Positions 1 to 9,186 of a DNA stretch of 48,240 nt are shown piece by piece. The first letter of the stretch is position 1; each line of letters begins with the position of its first letter. The position numbers and the translations under genes were made by a program. This stretch comes from Desulfobacterales bacterium (GTDB taxonomy: Bacteria > Desulfobacterota > Desulfobulbia > Desulfobulbales > JAJRZW01): positions 1-48,240 of the forward strand of contig JALWTY010000202.1 in NCBI GenBank assembly GCA_026993265.1. Reading direction: 5' to 3'. Below the pieces are notes generated by a model that saw nothing but the letters and a program-made list of their open reading frames with translations, ran no database searches and was not told where the DNA came from.

Positions 1-4
1 AGAG

Positions 5-3000
5 TTGCCCGGTGGCGAACTCCCGCAGGGGGGTGCGGTGGATGATGCGCCCAACGTGCTGGTCTTCGGCTCTGGCATCCGTCCGGAGGATCTGCGCTAT
101 CAGGAATCGAATGGCGACCTGACCATCGAGTTCGCCGGCCGTCCGGGCGACCGGGTGATTTTGCGCGGCTACGACGCTACGCGGGCGACCCGAACGCGCT
201 CGGTGGACATCTTCCGCTTTGCGGACGGCACCGAGATCTCGGTTGGGTTTATCGAACCTGCCGGTATCACCGAAACCGTGGGTGAGGACGGCGATCCGCT
301 GGTCGGTACGCCCTTCGCGGATACGCTCATCGGTGGCGACGGCGACGACGAGCTTGACGGTGCTGGGGGATCTGACCGGCTGGCTGGCGGAACCGGTTCG
401 GATACCTATCGAATCTACCAAGCGTGGGGCCGCACCCGCGTGACCGAGACAGTGATTCTGGAGGATTGGCGACCCGAAGACGTCAACCGGATCGAATTGA
501 CCGGCGACGTGAATGCAGCCGATCTGTTCCTGGCCTTCGACGGGCGCGACTTGATACTTCAGCTCGGGGAAGGGGGTGACCGGGTACGTTTCGCGGGGTT
601 CGATCCCAGGGGGGCCGGTATGCAGGCGCCGGTCGCGAGCGTCGCCGTACCGGCGGAGGGTGTCGAGCTTGCTTATGAGGATCTGGCCGCCCAAGGCATT
701 CGCATCATCGGTACGCCAGACGACGACGCGCTGGAAGGTACGGCGTTTGCCGACTGGATCGAGGGGCGTGCTGGTGACGACCTGATTGCTGGCGGCCCGG
801 GCGGTGACATCTATGTGACCGCCTCGGCCGAGGGCACCGACACCATCGTGGACGCCGAGGAGGGCGGCGCGCCGAACGTTCTGGTGCTGCCGGCCGGTAC
901 CACGCTCGACGATTTGCGCCTGTCTTTCGATGCAGAGGGCTTCCTGGTCATCGACATCGAGCGCACGGGCAACCGGATCCGGCTGTCGGGCTTCGATCCC
1001 TTGAATCCGCTCGGTCCCCGGGCGGTGGAGCGCTTCCGTTTCGGTCCCGACGGTGTCGAGATCGGCTATCAGGACCTGCTCGCGCGCGGTTTCCACATCA
1101 TCGGCACCGATGGGAACGACGCGCTCGGCGGCACCCTGTTCGGCGACCTGGTCGAAGGAGGCGCGGGTGAGGATCTGATCGATGCCACGCCGGGCGGAGA
1201 CCGCTTGGCGGGGGGCACCGGCAACGACACCTTCGTGGTGAATCCCGGCGATGGCGAGGTGACCATCGATGATCAGGCACAGCCCGAAGGCGGCAATGTC
1301 CTGCGTTTCGGCCCAGGTGTCGATCCGGCAGCGCTACGCAACAACCTGAGGTTCGCTCCGGATGGCCAAGGGGGATACCTGCTGCTGATTCCCTACGGGG
1401 AACCAGGTGACGTGGTGCGGCTGACCGGATTCGACCCGGCCAATGTGCGGGGCCCCCATGCTGTGGAAACCATCGAGTTCGCCGACGGGACGGTGGTGGA
1501 CTACGCGACGCTCGTTTCCTGGACCTTCATCGTCGAGGGCGACAATGGTGCCAATGCGCTCAACGGGACCGATGTGGGTGATCGTCTGTACGGCTATGGG
1601 GCGGATGACCTGCTGGAGGGCGGTGCCGGCGAAGACGTGCTCACCGGCGGTACCGGCAATGACGTCCTGCGTGGCGGGGAAGGCCGGGACGCCTATGTCG
1701 TGAACCTGGGCGACGGGGTGGACGTGATCGAGGATGATGCATCGAACGGTGTCGGCAACCTGCTCACCTTCGGTCCCGGCATCACGCCGGCGGACGTCGT
1801 CCTGAGCTGGGAGGGGGACGACCTGCTGGTCCGCTACGGCACGGGCGGCGACGAGGTGCGAGTGCGCGGACAGGCGCTTTCGAAGGTGATCGACACCTTC
1901 GAGTTCGAGGGCAACCTCCGCATGGGCCTGGAGGAGTTCCTCAATCGCGCGCCGGAAGCGGCTGCCGGGGGCGTGGCGGACCAGATGATACTGGAGGACT
2001 CGCCGTTCAATCTGACCCTGCCGGCGGACCTGTTCACGGATGCCGACGGGGATGGGGTGATGATGCGCGTGGGCGTCGCGGGCGTTGGCAATGCCTGGCC
2101 GGCCTGGCTCCAGTATGACGCGGCCACCGGCACATTTTCCGGTACGCCCCTCAACGAGGACGTAGGTAGTATCGATATCGTCATCCAGGGCATGGATACC
2201 CGGGGGGCTTCCGCATTCTATGGGTTCCGCATCGAGGTCCTGAATACCAATGACGCGCCGGAGGTCATGCAACCTGTCGGCGATCAGACAGCCACGGAGG
2301 ACATGCCATTTACCTTTACCTTGCCGGAGGAGGCCTTCGTCGATGTAGACGTGGGAGACGTGTTGACGTGGTCGGCCGAGCTGTCCGACGGCAGCCCGTT
2401 GCCCGAGTGGCTGTCTTTCGATGGGGTTACGCGCAGCTTCAGCGGCCTCCCCACCAACGACAATGTGGGCGACACGTCACTGCGCGTGAAGGTCACCGAC
2501 CTGGAAGGCGCGCAGGCATGGCAGGATTTCACCCTGACGGTAGTCAACGTCAACGACGCCCCCCAAATCGGCCTTGCCCTGGAGGACCAGGAGGCGAGGG
2601 TCGGCCACAGCTTCAGTTGGCAGGTGCCGGACGGTGCCTTCTACGACGTGGACGTTGGCGACGTGCTCACCTATTCGGCAGAACTGGCCGACGGCAACGC
2701 CCTGCCCGACTGGCTGGTGTTCGATCCAGCTACCGGTGCGCTCAGTGGAACGCCAGTGGCGGCCGGCGACTTCGAGATCCGGATCACAGCCACCGACCAG
2801 GCGGGTGCCTCAGTGAGCCAGACCTTTACCTTGGAAGTCGAGAGCGGTCCGATCACTGTGCCGGACGATGCGGACGTGATCGAAGACCGCAAGATCTTTG
2901 CCTGGGGCAATGTGCTGGCCAATGACAGCGATCCCGACGGACTGCCGCTTGAGGTTGCGGATCCAGGAGCGCGGCGCGGCGAATACGGAGTGCTGGGGTT

Positions 3001-3973
3001 GCTGCCCAACGGGCTTTATGGCTATTTGCTCGACAATCATTCCGCCAAGGTACAGTCGCTGGGGGCGGGGGAAACCGCTGTCGATACCTTCGTCTACACG
3101 GCGGACAACGGCAACGAACAGACCACCGGCGAACTCCGGGTGACGATACAAGGGACCAATGATATCCCACGGTTGGCCAGTCACCTTCCATCCGTGCAGC
3201 TTGCCCGGGGAAGCACGTTCAGTTGGCAGTTGCCCGCTGATAGTTTCGTCGATCCTGACCGCAACGATCGACTGATTTATACGGCGGAGCTTGCCGATGG
3301 CAGCCCATTGCCGGAGTGGCTGTCTTTCGACGCGAATTCGCTCACCTTCAGCGGCACGGCGCCCGGCGGGGCACACCATCCGCTGCACGTCCGGGTGGTG
3401 GCAAGCGACGGGCAAGGACCAGCTTCCCAGGCGAGCGGTATTTTCCATATCCGTTTCGGTACGGAGACTGTCCTGCCGTCGGAGGCCGATCTGGCTGCGC
3501 TGCCCCAGGGAATGTCGCGGATGGCAGCTCCGGCTGTCCCCCACGCCCAGACGGATGCCAGCGGCGAAGCGGATCCGCTTGAGGATTTTCTGAGAGGGTT
3601 CGGGGCGCAGACCGACTCTGGGGTGCGTTTCTGGCCACCGGCTGACCTCCGGGCAGTCTGCCGGACGACAGGCGTGCAGGGGGACCCGGTCGCAACGGCG
3701 ACGCCCCATGGTCTGGAGGCCAGGCACCACTGGGCAAGAATCGCCAGGGCGTTGGCTTCCCTCGAAAATTCCGGAGACGGCACGCCGGCCTGGGAAGATC
3801 CGGTCCACGGGGCGGATACGGGGGCCTTGGCCGGCATGTTGCTGAGCCAGAAGGCGCGGGCCGGCGTGCCAGCGGTAGATGGCGTGGGCATTGCAGCCGC
3901 AGGCGTCAGGCTCGAAACGTTCAGGGGGCTGCACGAAGGCCAGCCTGCCCTTCAGGTTGCCGGTCTGAAGTGA
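5..3973 (+). CDS. Large RTX-family repetitive exoprotein/adhesin, C-terminal 1322 aa (5' end lies outside the window)
   Basis: The frame is open from the window edge, and the 'start' at 5 is only an in-frame TTG. It has five ~120-aa modules with GGxGxD nonapeptide runs (e.g. [52 protein letters not shown]) next to '...NVL.FG.G....DL......F.F.DG' segments. Four ~100-aa cadherin/dystroglycan-like repeats follow (NDAP...[27 protein letters not shown]...SGTP), plus one VCBS-like unit ([10 protein letters not shown]). The stop overlaps the GTG of the next gene (GTGA). Confidence 0.85.
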   Translation: [1322 protein letters not shown]

Positions 3974-5334
3974 AGGAAAGCACGTTTCACCCCGTCCCTT
4001 CAGTGGACTGGCGGCGGTTTCATCCGCCGCTGGTCCGGATCCAGGAGAGTGCGCCTAATCCTGTGGGGCGGCGGGTGCTCTGGGCATTGTTTTCCCTGCT
4101 CGTGTTCCTGATCGCATGGGCGTTGCTCGGCCGCCTCGATGTCGTCGCCGTTGCCGAGGGCAGGCTCGTGCCCGAGGGGTATCTCAAGATTGTGCAGCCT
4201 GCTGAGGCCGGCGTCGTAAAGGAGATCCTTGTGCATGAGGGTGAGCGGGTTCGGGCCGGGCAGGTTCTCATGCGCATGGATACGGTCATGGCGGAAGCGG
4301 ATATCGCCGCCATGGCGTTGGAACAGGCCCGCCTGCGCCTGACGTTGGCCCGCATCGAGGCGGAACTTGATGGGCGGTCTTTTGAGCCGGAGGACGGCGG
4401 GTTTCCGGCACTTGCGCGGGAGCTGACGGAGCAGTTCCGGGCCAATCGGGAAGCCTTGGCTGCGGCCCTCGCAGAGGAACGTAGTCGGCTCCGAAGGGCC
4501 GAACAGGAATTGGCCGCGGCCCGTCAGCAGAAGACCCGACTGGAATCCGTGCTGCCATTCTACCGGGAAGAGGAGGCTGCGCTCGAGCAGCTCGGCGAGA
4601 AGGGATATTCCGGAAAACTGGAATTGATCACGAAACGGCGGGAAAGGATAGAAAAGGAACAAGAGCTGGCTACGCAGGTTCATGTGATCGCCTCGGCCCA
4701 GGCCGCCATCGAGGAGGCGCACAAGAAGCTCGCGCAGATCGAGGCCGATTACCGGCGCCGTCTGCATGCCGAACGGCAGGAGGTGAGGGCGCAGTTGGAC
4801 CGGCTCGTCCAGGAGCTGGAAAAACAGAAGCACCGCCGTGATCTCCTTGAACTCAGGGCACCCCGAGAGGGTGTCGTCAAAGAGTTGGCGACGCATACGG
4901 CGGGTACCGTGGTGCAGCCCGGTACCGTACTGGCGACTCTCGTGCCGGATACGAAGAAACTGAAAGCGGAGGTCTGGGTGTCGAATGAAGATGTCGGGTT
5001 CGTCCATGTGGGGCAGGAGGTGGCCCTCAAGTTCGCACCCTATCGTTTCCAGAAATACGGTATGGGGCGGGGCCAGGTAGCTTATGTCAGTGCGGATGCG
5101 TTGACGGCGGAAGAAGTCCGAGAGGCGGGTTTTCCCGTGATGCCCGGTGCTCCGTTACGCTATAAAGCGTTGGTAGCCTTGGAAAAGAACGTGTTGGAGC
5201 ATAAAGGACACAACTATCCCTTGACGGCGGGCATGCACGTCGTGGCCGAAATACGTCTCGGAGAACGCACGGTGGCCGAATACCTGCTCTCCCCGATTCG
5301 AAAGGTATGGCAAGAAGCGGGGCGGGAACGATAG
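3970..5334 (+). CDS. HlyD-family type I secretion membrane-fusion (periplasmic adaptor) protein
   Basis: 454 aa with an N-terminal TM segment (VLWALFSLLVFLIAWALLG), a lipoyl-like segment (VVKEILVHEGERVRAGQVLMRMD), a long coiled coil (aa ~110-300) and a beta-barrel C-terminus ending ...TVAEYLLSPI. It is translationally coupled to the RTX gene. Confidence 0.9.
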   Translation: MKESTFHPVPSVDWRRFHPPLVRIQESAPNPVGRRVLWALFSLLVFLIAWALLGRLDVVAVAEGRLVPEGYLKIVQPAEAGVVKEILVHEGERVRAGQVLMRMDTVMAEADIAAMALEQARLRLTLARIEAELDGRSFEPEDGGFPALARELTEQFRANREALAAALAEERSRLRRAEQELAAARQQKTRLESVLPFYREEEAALEQLGEKGYSGKLELITKRRERIEKEQELATQVHVIASAQAAIEEAHKKLAQIEADYRRRLHAERQEVRAQLDRLVQELEKQKHRRDLLELRAPREGVVKELATHTAGTVVQPGTVLATLVPDTKKLKAEVWVSNEDVGFVHVGQEVALKFAPYRFQKYGMGRGQVAYVSADALTAEEVREAGFPVMPGAPLRYKALVALEKNVLEHKGHNYPLTAGMHVVAEIRLGERTVAEYLLSPIRKVWQEAGRER

Positions 5335-5371
5335 TAAGAGGTTCGAACTGGAAGTCAATCTGCGGCTCCTC

Positions 5372-5956
5372 TTACTTCTTGGTGTCTCGAGGGAGAGAGC
5401 GTCCTCCGGGAAAGTACCGGTAGAAAGTGGCGGGGGACACGCCAAGTTGTTCGGCAATTTCCTGTACGGTGAGGCTGTCGTCCTTCAGCAAGGTTTTGCC
5501 GACCTGGATCTGCTTGGGTGAGAGCTTTCGTTTCCGACCAGGCTTGCGGCCGCGTTTCCGTGCTGCCTCGAGGCCGGCCTTCGTGCGCTCCCGGATCAGG
5601 TTTCGCTCGAACTCTGCCAGAGCACCCATGAGGTGGAAGAAGAGGCGGCCAGTGGCCGTTGTGGTGTCGATCTGCTCCTGGAGGCTGCGCAGGCCGACAC
5701 TCCGCTCCTCCAGCTCGTCTGCGATCCGGATCAGGTCCCGGAGGGAACGGCCAAGGCGGTCCAGGCGCCAGACCACCAGGACGTCGCCAGGTCGGAGCGC
5801 CTTCATGCAGGCGGTCAGGCCTGGGCGGTCGGCCTTGGCGCCGGAGAGGCGGTCCTCGTAGATATGGCTGGGCTCGACACCAGCCTCGGTCAGCGCGTCG
5901 CGCTGAAGCGACAGATCCTGGTCGTCCGTGGAGACGCGCTGGTAGCCAACGAGCAT
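5372..5956 (-). CDS. Serine recombinase (resolvase/invertase family)
   Basis: 194 aa with the catalytic N-terminus MLVGYQRVSTDDQ, the motif VWRLDRLGRS and a C-terminal HTH (LTVQEIAEQLGVSPATFYRY). It sits exactly where GC-rich sequence switches to AT-rich sequence. Confidence 0.9.
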   Translation of the reverse strand: MLVGYQRVSTDDQDLSLQRDALTEAGVEPSHIYEDRLSGAKADRPGLTACMKALRPGDVLVVWRLDRLGRSLRDLIRIADELEERSVGLRSLQEQIDTTTATGRLFFHLMGALAEFERNLIRERTKAGLEAARKRGRKPGRKRKLSPKQIQVGKTLLKDDSLTVQEIAEQLGVSPATFYRYFPGGRSLPRDTKK

Positions 5957-6276
5957 GGCGAAGGCCTCGCGTTGTATCTCGAATCCCGTGAGATGGTAGA
6001 TTATTTTGAGATATTATTTCAAGAGATATTTTTGAGAGGCCTTAGGACTAGGCAGGGGAGTAGCGCCACAGGCCTCTCATAAACGGTCATTTTTGGGACC
6101 TGCTGTGCCGGTCTTGGATTGGACAAAGGTCAGTGAAGTTTGAGCATTCATAGTTGGTGGGGAGTGGAAATTGGTTAAAGTGGGAGAATAGGCGGTGTGT
6201 CAACAATTTTTACTGGCGCGACGAGGTTGTAATTTTTTGATTTAACTGAACTATTTGGATTAGAGTGCATTTTTCC

Positions 6277-6293
6277 TGTCAAAATATTTGACA
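6277..6293. promoter_or_regulatory. 17-bp palindrome TGTCAAA-ATA-TTTGACA (candidate recombinase or repressor binding site; contains TTGACA)
   Basis: Perfect 7-bp arms with a 3-bp spacer. It lies 320 bp upstream of the recombinase start and 165 bp upstream of the 6457 operon. The TGTC half-site is reminiscent of resolvase res half-sites. Confidence 0.35.
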
Positions 6294-6456
6294 GATGTGA
6301 GTTACTTCACAATACTCCCCTATCCTATCTGGTTGATCTACCACACCTTTTGCTTAAGGCGCGGATTTTGCATGGAAAAACCAGATCGCCAGCTTCAAGA
6401 CTTCCGCTAGTTGGCCGATCAGGGCAAATGAGCAGCCACGAATATGAGGAGACGCC

Positions 6457-6957
6457 ATGTACGCAGCATCTTGCAAAGATGTTGAGTCAACGGTCATTAA
6501 TGCCTGCAATGTGCTTGGTAACTTCAAGGACGAGGGTGGCTTGCAGCGGGTCGTGGATGAAACAGTCGAAAATCTCACACACCTAGCGTGTTACCTGACA
6601 GCGGTGCATCACATCGTCCAAGGGGCGGCAGAGCTGCTAGAAGTGTGTTCCTCAACAAAAGTTATCGATCCCGACGATAGACTCTCTTCTATCATTGAGC
6701 AGGTAGAGAATGCGATCGAGCATACCATCGAAATGATGAAAGGAAAGAGATCATCAGCGCTCATGGATGACGATCTCTACGGACGTAACGAAAAACGCGT
6801 AACAGAGGCCTACAGTCGCACTATCAAGGCCTATGCGGCTCTGCATGATGCGGCAGTGAGATTGCGGTGGGCCATCATGGAGCATGATGCGGATCTTTCG
6901 CCTGTAAGTGACGCTTTCGAAAATATGGAAGATCTCGTTGCCAGTCTGAGCGCATGA
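6457..6957 (+). CDS. Hypothetical all-helical protein, first gene of a 4-gene operon (candidate atypical antitoxin)
   Basis: 166 aa with an ATG preceded by GAGGAG. It ends 9 nt before the RelE-like gene. I recognise no family. The acidic C-terminal tail is ...SDAFENMEDLVASLSA, and there is an R-x5-H string (RWAIMEH) near the C-terminus. Confidence 0.6.
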   Translation: MYAASCKDVESTVINACNVLGNFKDEGGLQRVVDETVENLTHLACYLTAVHHIVQGAAELLEVCSSTKVIDPDDRLSSIIEQVENAIEHTIEMMKGKRSSALMDDDLYGRNEKRVTEAYSRTIKAYAALHDAAVRLRWAIMEHDADLSPVSDAFENMEDLVASLSA

Positions 6958-6966
6958 TGTTCTCTG

Positions 6967-7257
6967 ATGCGCCCGCATCCTGTAAGGAAAATCCGTTTCA
7001 AGGATCGCTTCAAGAAAGACTACAGAAAATTGCCGGAAGATTTACAGCGCCAAGTTGGCAAAGCAATCGAAGCTTTGAAACAAGGTCCTTCTCCTAGGTG
7101 GTTGCGGTTCGAGAAACTGCAGGGATACAGGAACCCAGCTATTTATACGATTCATGTGACACCAAACCATAGCCACAAGATTTCATTTGAAATGGATGGC
7201 GATGAAGCGATTTTGAGGCGCGTTAGTACGCACAAATTGATTGATAAGTCGCCGTGA
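6967..7257 (+). CDS. RelE/ParE-superfamily type II toxin
   Basis: 96 aa with the typical layout: KIRFKDRFKKDYRKLPEDLQRQVGKAIEAL...LRFEKLQGYRNPAIYTIHVTPNHSHKISFEMDGDEAILRRVSTH. Confidence 0.8.
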   Translation: MRPHPVRKIRFKDRFKKDYRKLPEDLQRQVGKAIEALKQGPSPRWLRFEKLQGYRNPAIYTIHVTPNHSHKISFEMDGDEAILRRVSTHKLIDKSP

Positions 7258-7294
7258 ACTAGGACAAAATCTTTATTGATCGGATTTAAATCCC

Positions 7295-7822
7295 ATGAGT
7301 GCGCTAGCTGCAGAAGTCAAAAATTTAGATCTAGATGATGCTGAGAGATTGGCGGAAGAAGTACGTCTCGAATTCTGGCGTGATGTGTTTCCTGTGGATC
7401 CAGTCGTGATTGCCAAACAGATGGATCTGAAAGTGATCGAGGCCGAACTTCCTGCGCCTGTTTCTGGCGGGTTGCTGCGTAAGGATGGGGACGATCCAGT
7501 TGTCGTGTTAAATGAATCTGAGCCGAAGACAAGAAAGCGATTTACCTGTGCACATGAGCTTGGTCACTATGTTTATCGGCTTGAAACAGGATGTGATCGT
7601 GAATTTGAATACACGGATTTGAGAAATCATTTATCCTCAATGGGCATGGATAAGGAGGAAATGTTCGCCAATAGATTTGCAGGCGCATTGTTGATGCCCC
7701 GGTCTAAGGTGGAAGAACTCATGAAAAATCATTTGCCTGTTTTGGTTATGGCGCATAAGTTCGGTGTGTCGGCCGATGCGATGCGAGTTCGCCTTAAGGT
7801 GCTGAATCTATTTGATTGTTGA
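7295..7822 (+). CDS. ImmA/IrrE-family (COG2856) zinc metallopeptidase
   Basis: 175 aa with the HExxH motif in FTCAHELGHYV and the downstream EEMFANRFAGALLMP typical of the family. No fused or adjacent HTH partner is present. Confidence 0.85.
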   Translation: MSALAAEVKNLDLDDAERLAEEVRLEFWRDVFPVDPVVIAKQMDLKVIEAELPAPVSGGLLRKDGDDPVVVLNESEPKTRKRFTCAHELGHYVYRLETGCDREFEYTDLRNHLSSMGMDKEEMFANRFAGALLMPRSKVEELMKNHLPVLVMAHKFGVSADAMRVRLKVLNLFDC

Positions 7823-8199
7823 TTGAGTGTTGGTTAGGTGTTCCGTTGTCATCGAAGCGCAACCGACATAGCAAATTTTCTATTGGAGATCTGCTTTCGA
7901 AAGCTCCAGATGAGGACCACAACGGTAAGCCTGGACGCGCCATTTACTCGCTTGATTCTGAAAAGCGACGTTTAGAAAACGAGAGCATTCGCGTTGATGT
8001 TGAGCTCAAGAGAGACTACGGCAAGAAAATGTATAAGATTCTTGTCGGCCAGATCTCAGTCATGAATTTTATATTCATTATGGTTGGATTTGGGGCGTTC
8101 GACTTTTCGGATGAAGCGTTGAATCTCTACGTTGGTGGGACGCTGGCTGAAATTTTTGGCCTCGTTTTTGTTATTGTTCGATACTTGTTCCGTTCTTGA
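7816..8199 (+). CDS. Small membrane protein (two C-terminal TM segments), start uncertain
   Basis: The ORF-track start is a TTG overlapping the ImmA stop, and the first ATG is at 8029 (MYKILVGQISVMNFIFIMVGFG...LAEIFGLVFVIVRYLF). It is the same strand as the three upstream genes and contiguous with them. Confidence 0.5.
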   Translation: MLIECWLGVPLSSKRNRHSKFSIGDLLSKAPDEDHNGKPGRAIYSLDSEKRRLENESIRVDVELKRDYGKKMYKILVGQISVMNFIFIMVGFGAFDFSDEALNLYVGGTLAEIFGLVFVIVRYLFRS

Positions 8200-8406
8200 G
8201 CTATAATTTACCCAGTCACTGCATGAATTTTCTCTCCCGGAAGGCGGGGGCATTTAGACTTCTCCATAGGTGAAGTCCAGCAGCGGTGCCGTGCGCAGCG
8301 GAAAATCCATCAAAAAAAGCTCCTGGTGTTCTGTGCGCTGGAGTTATGCAGCCGTCAGGTTTAATTAATTTCGGGATGCGGGCCTACTATAGCGGGGGTC
8401 GTAGAG

Positions 8407-9186
8407 ATGCGATCTGAACATTTCTACAAGGCGGCGTTGATCAAGGCCCTTCTACAGAAGAAGGAAATTGGGTTCGGCGATGTAGTGCTGAATGAATTAA
8501 CCATCCGCCGCATGACGCGGCGTGTCGATATTGTTGCCGTCAATGGAAAACTCCATGCCTTCGAGATCAAGACAGATGCTGACTCTTTATCCAGAGTCGA
8601 TGATCAGGTCAGAGACTATGCTCAGCACTTTGATAAGGTAACAGTTGTTTGTGGTACTAGTCACTATGAGAAATTGAAGGACAGATTACCAGAGCGCGTT
8701 GGCCTTTGGGTATTAGATGAGCGAAGCGGCTATTCCATCAGAGTGATACGAAGGGGGAGGACGAAGCTAGTCTCTAACCCTGAAAAATTGTGGACTTTTA
8801 TTCCCCGCAAAGAGATAGAGCGCTTTCTGCGAAAGAACCGTGTTCGTATCTCTGGGCGTGAATATCGAGAGGTTTTGTGTGAGATAGCAAAGGCCGAGCT
8901 CGATAAGAACAAGATCAGGGCATTTGCAATTTCGTTCGCCAAGCAGCGGTACGGAGAACGCTGGAGGAGGTTTCTTCGCAAGATAGAGGGCAAGCAAGGT
9001 AACCCAGATCCGGAAGATATTGCAATTCTGTTATGGGAGAAGCCCCAGCAATCCGGCGCTGGCAGCAATAGCAAGCCGTCTATGCCTCAGGAATTACCAT
9101 CTTGGCATGAAGAGGGCAGGCCGCGGCCAATCCCTGTCGCTTGGGCAGAAGCTAGAATTCGAAATCGACAAAATCTTCATCGATAA
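8407..9186 (+). CDS. sce7726-like protein with a PD-(D/E)XK nuclease-type motif
   Basis: 259 aa. RRVDIVAVNGKLHAFEIKTDADSL gives D-x11-ExK, followed by ...YAQHFDKVTVVC....VGLWVLDE..., which matches my memory of the 'sce7726 family'. The C-terminal 60 aa are low-complexity. Confidence 0.7.
   Translation: MRSEHFYKAALIKALLQKKEIGFGDVVLNELTIRRMTRRVDIVAVNGKLHAFEIKTDADSLSRVDDQVRDYAQHFDKVTVVCGTSHYEKLKDRLPERVGLWVLDERSGYSIRVIRRGRTKLVSNPEKLWTFIPRKEIERFLRKNRVRISGREYREVLCEIAKAELDKNKIRAFAISFAKQRYGERWRRFLRKIEGKQGNPDPEDIAILLWEKPQQSGAGSNSKPSMPQELPSWHEEGRPRPIPVAWAEARIRNRQNLHR

Noticed and set aside
1334-3934. Long minus-strand ORFs (1334..2272, 2810..3934 and others) within the RTX gene, and 4000..5007 within hlyD
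   Set aside because: They are antisense to genes with clear repeat or domain signatures, and their products are low-complexity.
5334-5375. 8-bp stem GTAAGAGG...CCTCTTAC between hlyD and the recombinase as a bidirectional terminator
   Set aside because: The loop is 26 nt, there is no U-tract, and the right arm overlaps the recombinase stop codon. The evidence is too weak.
6457-6957. HEPN-domain assignment for the 166-aa protein, based on R-x5-H (RWAIMEH)
   Set aside because: A single short motif in an all-helical protein is insufficient. It is mentioned only as a hint, not as a call.
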